Shown in pieces: positions 55,541 through 64,000 of a stretch of DNA of 64,000 nt. The DNA is from Schizochytrium sp. TIO01 (taxonomy: Eukaryota; Protista; Bigyra: Labyrinthulomycetes): contig SMSO01000014.1 in assembly GCA_004764695.1 (NCBI GenBank), positions 5,404,845-5,468,844 of the forward strand. Direction: 5' to 3'. The position numbers and the translations under genes were made by a program. The number at the start of each line of letters is the position of its first letter. The first letter of the stretch is position 1. The notes under the pieces were generated by a model, which saw nothing but the letters and a program-made list of their open reading frames with translations, was not told where the DNA came from and made no database searches.

Positions 55541-58500
55541 ATGCAGCACAGCGCCATGACGGCGAGGCTCGCGCACGACGATGGCCTCGCGGGGTTTCGG
55601 CCTCCCAAGCAAATTTTCCAGGCATCTCAGCGAGGTTCTACGGCGCTTGAGGTAGCCAGGTCGCTTCAGATCAGGCAGCAGCTTGAAAGCGGCGGTGGCC
55701 AGCTTCAACAGCTCCAGCAGGAGCACCAGGACCATCTTCAACTCAACGCAGAGGCTGTCGGGAGCAAGCATCGTAGGGATGCTGTCGTGCGTAAGGTCAC
55801 AGTGGGACTTCCTCAGACATATAAGCAGTGCTCACCAGAATTTAAATACCTGAAAAGCCTCAATCCACGGAGAGCTCTCACAAAAGACTGTAAAGGCCGT
55901 AAAAATGGCGGCTTCGATAATGAGGCGAATGACCTCATCTTGATTGTCAATGATGTTATTGCAGGGAGGTCTGAGATGAGGTACTCTATTGTAGATATGC
56001 TCGGCCAAGGATCATTTGGGCAGGTTGCAAAATGCCGCGTGCGTTGGTCGAGGGCTAAGGTTGCTGCTGCTCGGGCTCAGAACCTTGCTCAAGACGACCT
56101 GGAAGGCGACGACTACGAGGACGAGGAGGAAAACAATAGCAATAATAACAGCAACCAAGTCAAGGGGCCTGAGGATGATTCATCGTCAGCATCGCCTGCA
56201 TCGGCGTCCACAACAGCTAACAATGACCCGGCACAAGAAAGTTGTCGCGAAGAGGCTTGTGGAGATGCCAAGACTGGAGGCGAGGACGACCGTAAACATC
56301 ATGGACACCATCACCACCACCACCATCATCATCATCACGACCAGAAGGAAGGGGAATTTGCAGAGGGAGACAAGCACAAGCATAAACACCACCATAAGCA
56401 CAGCCATCATCATCGCGAGCTCGAGCTAAATGAGGGCGACTACGTTGCTGTTAAGGTGATCAAGAATAAACCAGCGTACCATAACCAGGCTCTTGTAGAG
56501 ACACGTATTCTCCGTATGCTTAACGCCGAGGAGACTGCAATTCGTGGCAATGGCCGTCGTCGCATTGTGGAGCTGCTTGAGTCCTTTGAGCACAAAAACC
56601 ACCTGTGCCTTGTCTTCGAGATGCTCTCCATGAATCTTTATGAACTCATCAAGCTGAACAAATTTCGCGGACTTCCCATGGGTTTTATTCGCTCGTGCAC
56701 TCAACAGATCCTCGATGCCCTCCTTGTACTGGCACGAGCCGATGTTGTCCACTGTGACCTTAAACCAGAAAATATTCTCTTGGAAAGCGTGGGCAGGCCT
56801 CATGTGAAGCTCATTGACTTCGGCTCCTCGTGCTTTTCTGATCAAACTGTGTATACCTATATTCAATCCCGTTTCTACCGCGCACCTGAGGTTCTCGTAG
56901 GCATGTCCTATGGACCGGCCATTGATCTGTGGTCACTGGGATGCGTGGCCGCCGAGCTATACATTGGTCTTCCAATCTTCCCCGGTGTGTCTGAACACAA
57001 CCAGCTTAGCCGAATCCAGGAGACTGTCGGGGACATTCCTGACAGTCTCCTGGACAAATCCAAGGAAACTCGTAAGTTTTATCTTCGCTCCTCAGACCCG
57101 GCTTCAGGAAAAGCCTGGCGTCTCAAGTCCCCCAAGGTTTGGGCCCTCGAGCAACGTCTGGATCGTCCTGAGAAAACAAAACGCTACGTGCGACAGATCC
57201 TTCTCAAGGACATTGTTTATAAATGCTCTTCTCGTGCGGATGCCGATGATCCTCAACGTCCAAACCGTGGCGAGCGACTGTCCCGCGTCCTTGTGCCCTG
57301 GGACAAGGAAGCTCCACTTCCTACCACGGACGAGACCAAGCGCATGAAAACCCGTGAATCTTTCCTCGACCTTCTGGCGGGCCTCTTGCAACTTGACCCG
57401 CGTAAGCGTTGGACTGCAGCACAAGCAAGCGAACACCCCTTTATACTCAACGAGAATCTCCGCGAGCCATTTCGCCCTGACAGGATCCCATCTGCCCCCC
57501 CTCCTTCCTCCAAGCCACTCACGCCTATACCTGCACCTTCCATGGTATCGAATCCCGCATCTTCCGCAACTGGCCTTTCCACACCTATGCAAGATGGCGT
57601 GCGCATGCTCACACCGGCAGCTGTAACAGCTCCCCAAATGGCCCCTCCCCCTGTTCCCGTTGTTGTTTCAGCTGCCAGTACTGTAGTGCCTGTCTCTGCT
57701 ACTGATAATACAACAGTCAATCAACAGCAGCAGCAGCATCAGCAGCAGGAACAACAACAACAACAACAAATGTATCATGCTTCCAAGAGTGGCATGATCA
57801 TGAATTCGAGGGCATCTGGTAGCAGCTCCTTGACAGAACAAACGAAGGGCAAAATTTTGGATAGCCTTGAGCAAAGTGAGCAGGCGATTCTTGATCATGA
57901 AGCCATGCGCTCACCTCACTCCGGTAATGAGGACGATGCTGATCGTTCTTTGGCAAGCCCGAACTCTCAACAGTCGCACCCGCAGGGAGGCTCCTCTTCA
58001 TCAAGCCCAACCCTGGCCTCGGTTGACTCTGTGTCAATGAAGGTCTTACCCTTGAACGGTCCCGAAGATCACACTATCAACCCTACTACTACTGCTACTG
58101 TAGCAGCTGCTGCTTCAACTTCAGGAACACAGGCTATGGTGGCGCCTGACAACGTCATTCCACCTTCCGTTGGAGGGCGTGGACCTGCGCCCTTGGATCT
58201 TTCCGACGTATCTTTTCACACCAACAATACGAACAATGGCAGCACCAATGCAAATACGCCACATTCTGTGCATTTGTCGGGTATAATTAGCGGAAACAGC
58301 AGTGCAAGCAATAGCACTAGAAGTAGCCGTTCGATGGCTATGGCTACACCTCGTCATGCAGCAAGTAGTTATTCGAGTGCACATGCCTCTCCTTACATGA
58401 CATCATCCAGACAAACGTCCCCAGCCGGTGCTGCTCACTCTTACTCTTCGACAAGCGGTATGCACTCTTACTCTCCATCATCTACAGCTTCTTCGAGCTT

Positions 58501-59656
58501 TACTACGCCGTCCAGTATGTCGAATCACTACGTGGGTAATCGCGGCCGCCTTGATTCTGACGCCAGTTCGACACCGCGCTCTCCGTACTCCATGCTGTCC
58601 CCATTGAGCCGACCGAGCCACCCATACCCTCTCGGTCACCAAGCCTCTTGGGATGCTATGGCGTCTGGATATCTGGGTGTCGATATGCGTCTCGCCAACC
58701 ATCACAACGGTAATTCCCATGGAGCTGCGATGCCCATCTTACCGCCAAACGCTTCCATCGGTTCGCACGTGTCTAGTCGGGCACCCAACTCACCCTCGTA
58801 CGCCCACAGCCTCTCGCAGAGCCAATTTATTCCTGCTCGTGCAGCTCCGCCTTTCAGCCTTGGAGGTAGCAACCCAAATGGATCAGGGAACCGCCACCGC
58901 TCGCACAGCATGATGGACCCGAGACACTCTTCGTACCGGTGGTATCCAACATCCCCCTTTTTCACCAGTGGAATGCCGGCCCCACATCAACAGGTCGTGG
59001 CACAACACGGTTTCTGGGCGGGAAGTCCGCCTGCTTTGAGCCATGGTATTCAGGGGTCGGAAGCGGTCTTTGCAATGGCCCAGGTGCAAGCTCAGGCACA
59101 AGCACAGGCTCAGGCACAGATACAGGCACAACTTCATGCTCAGGCACAAATGCGCTACATGAATCAGCCGCAGCAGATGGCACCTCCACTACAAACAATG
59201 GAAAGCTACCCGCAACATCACGCTCGTCACGGTTCACAAGGCTCACAAGGCTCCATGATGGGTCAAAGTTATGAAGAGGAACATAGATCTTCTTATGGAA
59301 GCTTCAATGAACAAGGTAGCTATATTAAAGCACCAAACCACGTCAATTCAAACCAGCAGCCACATCATCATCAACAACAAGAACAACAGTATGCTCACTC
59401 CCACTCGCTACAACATCGGGATAACGAGAATTTCAACGCAAAGGAGGCAAACTCGCCATCATTAAGATATGCCCATGACGAAAACCATCAAGATAACCGG
59501 AACCGGGACATGAGAGATGCGCAACCTAGGGTTAGTAAACTCCAACCACAATCCTCAGAGGCCTCGCAAGAGGTTGAGATGAAACTTGGTGCACAACAAC
59601 CAGACGATGAGGCCACGCTCTTCAAACTCAGTCCCGAGCTTCCTTTGGAACCCTGA
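55541..59656 (+). CDS. YAK1: Yak1/YakA-type DYRK-family dual-specificity kinase
   Basis: NPRRALTK...NGGFDNEANDLILIVND, LGQGSFGQVAKC, VAVKVIKNKPAYHNQA, HCDLKPENILL and YTYIQSRFYRAPE. First ATG at 55541; the frame is open from 55433. Confidence 0.92.
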   Translation: MQHSAMTARLAHDDGLAGFRPPKQIFQASQRGSTALEVARSLQIRQQLESGGGQLQQLQQEHQDHLQLNAEAVGSKHRRDAVVRKVTVGLPQTYKQCSPEFKYLKSLNPRRALTKDCKGRKNGGFDNEANDLILIVNDVIAGRSEMRYSIVDMLGQGSFGQVAKCRVRWSRAKVAAARAQNLAQDDLEGDDYEDEEENNSNNNSNQVKGPEDDSSSASPASASTTANNDPAQESCREEACGDAKTGGEDDRKHHGHHHHHHHHHHHDQKEGEFAEGDKHKHKHHHKHSHHHRELELNEGDYVAVKVIKNKPAYHNQALVETRILRMLNAEETAIRGNGRRRIVELLESFEHKNHLCLVFEMLSMNLYELIKLNKFRGLPMGFIRSCTQQILDALLVLARADVVHCDLKPENILLESVGRPHVKLIDFGSSCFSDQTVYTYIQSRFYRAPEVLVGMSYGPAIDLWSLGCVAAELYIGLPIFPGVSEHNQLSRIQETVGDIPDSLLDKSKETRKFYLRSSDPASGKAWRLKSPKVWALEQRLDRPEKTKRYVRQILLKDIVYKCSSRADADDPQRPNRGERLSRVLVPWDKEAPLPTTDETKRMKTRESFLDLLAGLLQLDPRKRWTAAQASEHPFILNENLREPFRPDRIPSAPPPSSKPLTPIPAPSMVSNPASSATGLSTPMQDGVRMLTPAAVTAPQMAPPPVPVVVSAASTVVPVSATDNTTVNQQQQQHQQQEQQQQQQMYHASKSGMIMNSRASGSSSLTEQTKGKILDSLEQSEQAILDHEAMRSPHSGNEDDADRSLASPNSQQSHPQGGSSSSSPTLASVDSVSMKVLPLNGPEDHTINPTTTATVAAAASTSGTQAMVAPDNVIPPSVGGRGPAPLDLSDVSFHTNNTNNGSTNANTPHSVHLSGIISGNSSASNSTRSSRSMAMATPRHAASSYSSAHASPYMTSSRQTSPAGAAHSYSSTSGMHSYSPSSTASSSFTTPSSMSNHYVGNRGRLDSDASSTPRSPYSMLSPLSRPSHPYPLGHQASWDAMASGYLGVDMRLANHHNGNSHGAAMPILPPNASIGSHVSSRAPNSPSYAHSLSQSQFIPARAAPPFSLGGSNPNGSGNRHRSHSMMDPRHSSYRWYPTSPFFTSGMPAPHQQVVAQHGFWAGSPPALSHGIQGSEAVFAMAQVQAQAQAQAQAQIQAQLHAQAQMRYMNQPQQMAPPLQTMESYPQHHARHGSQGSQGSMMGQSYEEEHRSSYGSFNEQGSYIKAPNHVNSNQQPHHHQQQEQQYAHSHSLQHRDNENFNAKEANSPSLRYAHDENHQDNRNRDMRDAQPRVSKLQPQSSEASQEVEMKLGAQQPDDEATLFKLSPELPLEP

Positions 59657-61053
59657 ATTATTGCAAATACAAGTCTTTCTTCCTATTGAACATCATCTTT
59701 TATTCACATCCCTCTTCCTGATGAACCATCATATATATAAAGAAATAAGTCTATGACTTGATGTTTTTCTTCTTCCGTTATCTATTATCATTCTATTGTA
59801 ATATTCTATTGTATTTGGTCACGATAGAATTGACATCTCTCGGTTACTTGCTTTATCTTCCAGCTTCTTAGGAAAGAGTGCGCTTGTAAACTGAAGCTCG
59901 ATCCAATAAACTCCATATAGTATAACCTAGTACTACTACTGCTACTACGTGAGTACGGATTGTCAAACAACAGCAATAGGTTCATATATTGTTCCACATG
60001 ATAAAAATGCAGTATTCTCACTTCAGCTGCTCCAACTTGGTAGCAATCTCAAGAAGTCCTTCGAGAGCAGTGCATTAGTTAAGGCAACCATGAGCTTCTC
60101 TAGTTCTTTATTTTTGTTTAAGCATTACACAAACACTACTTTTTCCATATGACATGGCTAAGTCCGGCCACTATTCTACAGCCGCCATCTACTCTTGTCT
60201 CACTTTTCCCGTGCTACGTGAACAGGAAGTCGCTTCAATCGGCTGCATACACGATCGAACATGCCAATCCAGACGTATTCATTTTCTGCGTCACTGCAGC
60301 TCACAACGCGGTAAAATAGCTGCGCACAAAATCGATCGCATCTGAGAAACGAGAAGTCCATCAATTGAACAGAAAGAAAAGTTAATGAGACAGATCAGCC
60401 TTTATTCCACCGCTGCTCCTGCCTTAGCCCTGCTCCGCCTAGCTTTTAAAACTTTTTTTTGTGAGCCCATAATCCTTTCACCAAACGCCCAGACTGTCTC
60501 GGGCTTCTTCTAAACCACGAACTGCTCACTCTTGAAGGCTTCTTCGTGTGGAGTTACCAGAGGGCTAGGAATTGCAATCGCTTTCACTCGCTCTTTTCAC
60601 TTTCAACAAATTCAAGTTCTTGAGCACGGCAGTCCGCGATTTCCCGTCCCAACGGCAGTCTACGCGTCCAGGGAAGTGTTGAGCCTGCTAAAGGACTGGG
60701 ATACCTGGCTGTTCGTCCTACAGAGCCTCTCAAGGCGCTGCGCAGAGCTAAATTCCCTATCGTGCTCGCTCTCGCTGTGCTCAACATCCATTGATCGCCT
60801 GCTTGACAGCTCAAAACGTATTTTATATATAATAAATCAACGACAGTCGGTGAACCCTGGAGGCCCCCTCTCTTGCGACGATCTAGAGTTGAGTCTAAGG
60901 ATCGTCTGAAATTCTCCGTTAGTCTAGTTTTGCGTTGTGTTTAGCGTCGTCATCGTTGATCCGGAAATCGCGACACGATTCTGGCGCGACTTTATATTAC
61001 TGTGTTGAACTTGACGAAAATTTGTTTCGATTGACAGTACCACGTCGATAGTC

Positions 61054-62094
61054 ATGTCTTCTCAAGGTGGGGTAGAACAAGCTCACAAAAGGCACCTCCC
61101 GACAGCGGTGAGCGTCATTGCTGCTGGGAGTGTTTCAGGCGTGGCGTCGACTCTCGTATGTCACCCTCTAGACACAATTCGCACACGACTGCAAACTGAA
61201 GACTTCATCCGACATCGATCAAAAGCGAATGCCTCGGTGGACCTTAAGACTAATATCGATGCCAATCTTTCGACGAGAAAATATCGTGGCGCTGTGGATT
61301 GCTTCTCGCAGACTGTGCGTCGCGAGGGAGTTTCTGCTTTATACAAAGGCCTTTCTGGACCTCTGGCAGCTCAGGCAATTTACAAGGCAGTAATGTTCGG
61401 CGCCTTCGGGCTAGCCAGTCGCGAGCTCAATTTGAACACCTTTCGTGAGGCCCACGACCACCGCCAGGTGCTCTTACGAGCGTTCCTGTGCGGAGGTTTT
61501 GCAGGTTCTGTCAATGCCTTCGTTGTCTGCCCTGTCGAGCTCGTGCGTAACAGGCTTATGGTGCAACAAGAATATGGCGTGCATACTCCACAGAATCGTG
61601 ATTTAGGTAACGATCCACCTAAAACCACCGTACATAACCGCAGACCTTTGTACAATGGAGCCCTTGATTGTGTGCGAAAGACTGTGGCCTCAGAGCCGGG
61701 TGGAATTTTTGCTCTTTGGCGTGGGTTGTCAAGTACCATTATGAGGGACGGACCTGGCGTGGGTATGTGGTTCTGCAGCTTTGAAGCCACGAAGATTGCT
61801 CTTGTTCAAGGCGCAGGCTGGGCGCCGGCGTCTAACGCGACTCTCCTGGCCAGTGGAGCTATGGGCGGTGTTGGTTTCTGGCTTGTGGCGTTGCCATTTG
61901 ATACTATCAAGTCTAACATTCAGACCTCACATGCAACAGAGAGTGTTTCTATTAGATCCGTCGTGAGCCGACTTGGCATTCGGGGACTCTACACAGGATT
62001 AGGTGTTGCGCTTGTACGTGGAATTCCTGGTGCTGGTATGGTATTCTTCGTTCAAAAACGAGCGCTTGACTTTTTTAACGACCTGACTTATTGA
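61054..62094 (+). CDS. Mitochondrial carrier (SLC25; carnitine/basic amino acid carrier-like)
   Basis: Three Px[DE]xx[KR] signatures (HPLDTIRTRLQ, CPVELVRNRL, LPFDTIKSNIQ), plus YRGAVDCF...EGVSALYKG and RDGPG. Confidence 0.93.
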   Translation: MSSQGGVEQAHKRHLPTAVSVIAAGSVSGVASTLVCHPLDTIRTRLQTEDFIRHRSKANASVDLKTNIDANLSTRKYRGAVDCFSQTVRREGVSALYKGLSGPLAAQAIYKAVMFGAFGLASRELNLNTFREAHDHRQVLLRAFLCGGFAGSVNAFVVCPVELVRNRLMVQQEYGVHTPQNRDLGNDPPKTTVHNRRPLYNGALDCVRKTVASEPGGIFALWRGLSSTIMRDGPGVGMWFCSFEATKIALVQGAGWAPASNATLLASGAMGGVGFWLVALPFDTIKSNIQTSHATESVSIRSVVSRLGIRGLYTGLGVALVRGIPGAGMVFFVQKRALDFFNDLTY

Positions 62095-63099
62095 GGTTGA
62101 AGTACCGTTGCATTGAGACTTAGTGCCTTTCATTTATAGTTGTGTTTTTGTATGCTCATTTCTCAAGGTAGCCAATGTCTAGATAGAACTTCAAGCCCGA
62201 CTTTCATTCTCTTGCTCCTTTTGTGGTGTTTTCTTCGTCAAGATGGCGTTTTACCTCCTTCTATAGTTTAATTCGCCCAATTTTTTAATTTTTTCAAACA
62301 TTATAAGCGAAGATAAATGGTATGTATCGCTTGCAAATAATCTGTACTGCTCTTGTGGTAAAATGAGGACTCTTGTCTGAAGTTGAGATTTAGATAACAG
62401 TAATTCCAGCTCTGCCAATTGACGAATTAGCTCACCCATTTCCAGGTACATTTGGCTAGGTTTTTAGTATTTTTTTTCTTAATTATAAGACAAAAATAGA
62501 ACTAAGCTGTCCGTATTATCTACCGCTATACGAGCATCAATGTTTATCTTCAAAGAAGTGATGGCATTGATTACATCATCCGAGGCATGAATATATGTAA
62601 TATACTTACTGCACAAAGGTAATAGTTGACTTAGCTTGCATGCATGGCGTCAATCTCTGCTGATTCAAGAACTTTAACATCTCTATGGACAGAGTGCAAT
62701 CGTGCTGGAGTGGCGGATAGCAAGGATCGTTTGCAGTTACAGATACAAGAAAGAAAAAAGCCCAGCTAAGCTTTGGATGATTCTCCTTTCTACATAGCCT
62801 AGAAATGGGCGAATGCTATAGGTCCTACAGTATTGGTCGTCGTACTTTGTTGCTATACCGATCACGAATGGGAGAAAACTGGGAAAGCAGAGCTAGGGAT
62901 AAGTAGAAAAGAAGCGATAATAATTTGGGTAGGTCATCTTTTATATTTTTCGAGGTCGTCGCAACAATAATCTGCTAACCTTAAGCATGGCAGTACCTGA
63001 TGATGTGACAAGTGCGTGGTGTTTGTTAAGGTGTTTAAGCAGACATGGCGAAGGTCTACACTAGAGTTGCAAATGATCTGCCGAGGCCCTTCAAGCTGA

Positions 63100-63711
63100 T
63101 CAGAACGGCGAGAGGATGTCCACAAGAGTGGGCTTGGGCTCAGACACGCGGATGCCGAGGAGGATCACAGCCGGGACGAAGGCCCAGAAGGTCTGTAAAT
63201 TTACAAAAATCAATAAAATAATCCATCATTGATGGCATTTATTTAACGCCAGTCGAGCCACATGGAGATCCAGAGTATAAATCAAACCACAGAAGTCGAA
63301 TTTCAATATTGATGATGGAAAGCAAGCACATGCCAAAGCAACCGAGAACCATAAACAATTTGTCAGTCTCCAAAGAACCCTCCTGTAACGCAGCACTTTT
63401 CCACAATCCTATCTCAATCATGACCATTCCTGGGCAATTCTCCTCCTCTAGTTTAAGCAAAGCTTTATCAGGTTCCCATTGGTTTCGTCATCATTGAGAT
63501 GATGCCAAAGTTGACGCCGAGGTTGACGCTGAGAAAAAAGAAAACCAAGAGCCACAGAGAGAAGAGAGGAACAGAAACAAGACAACCAAGGCTAAGTACG
63601 ACTTCATGACCAACTTACGATCTGCTTGAAGAGGTTGAGGCCAGAGGTGCAGGCGGACTCAACCTTAGGGTAGGCAGCCACAAGGGCCGAGGCGGCGTCG
63701 TTGGCGGCCAT
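63100..63711 (-). CDS. TOM7: Mitochondrial import receptor subunit TOM7 (61 aa); exons 63711-63619 and 63192-63100
   Basis: Spliced product MAANDAASALVAAYPKVESACTSGLNLFKQI|TFWAFVPAVILLGIRVSEPKPTLVDILSPF. GTAAGT donor and TTTACAG acceptor. The W.F.P..I.LG...EP.P.L...LSP pattern is typical of Tom7. Confidence 0.88.
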
Positions 63712-64000
63712 CTTGGTTATGCGAGCGGCAGCGGTGTCGTGCGGGAGCAGGCAGCGTCAATTCGCGAATGGGTTTGAAGAAGTCTTTTCTTGCCTTGCAA
63801 TGCATCCTTTTCCATCTCTAGCACTACTTATCCATTGACTAGAACCTCCCGCCCCTCTTTCTCTCTCACTCCATCCAGTCCTTCGGAGAATTAAGGGGCC
63901 CCTGCGTGATGCCGAACTGAGGGTCCCTAAAGTGACAATGAGTGGGAAATTAAGCTTCTTTGGGAAAGACAGGATGAGCTAATAGAATTGGCGAGCGATA

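Overview
Eukaryotic, intron-poor genomic DNA with GT(AAGT)-AG introns and microsatellite-rich intergenic spacers. Gene content and style are most consistent with a stramenopile protist, probably a thraustochytrid or labyrinthulomycete (inference). Recognisable host genes are a YSL/OPT transporter, a Pro-rich tandem-CH protein, 3-hydroxyacyl-CoA dehydrogenase (2 exons), PDK1, SMC2, Snapin (2 exons), a Yak1/DYRK kinase, an SLC25 carrier and TOM7 (2 exons, missed by the ORF track). Four accessory signals stand out. (1) A 4134-codon acidic repeat ORF has no ATG in any sense-strand frame for 8.7 kb, between a weak-context first ATG (31614) and a strong-context in-frame ATG (40350), which suggests selection on translation initiation and two isoforms. 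(2) A truncated IS607 element carries a serine recombinase overprinted by a Fanzor2/TnpB N-terminal frame (about 51.4-51.95 kb). (3) A decayed virus-like island (about 25-30.3 kb) has a Crinkler CRN13-like HNH nuclease gene between duplicated virus-type DNA-binding-domain modules. (4) A head-to-head pair of putatively myristoylated proteins with CRIB-like IGDP motifs flanks a 0.6-kb (ATCT)n tract. All family assignments come from motif recognition by eye; no database searches were run.
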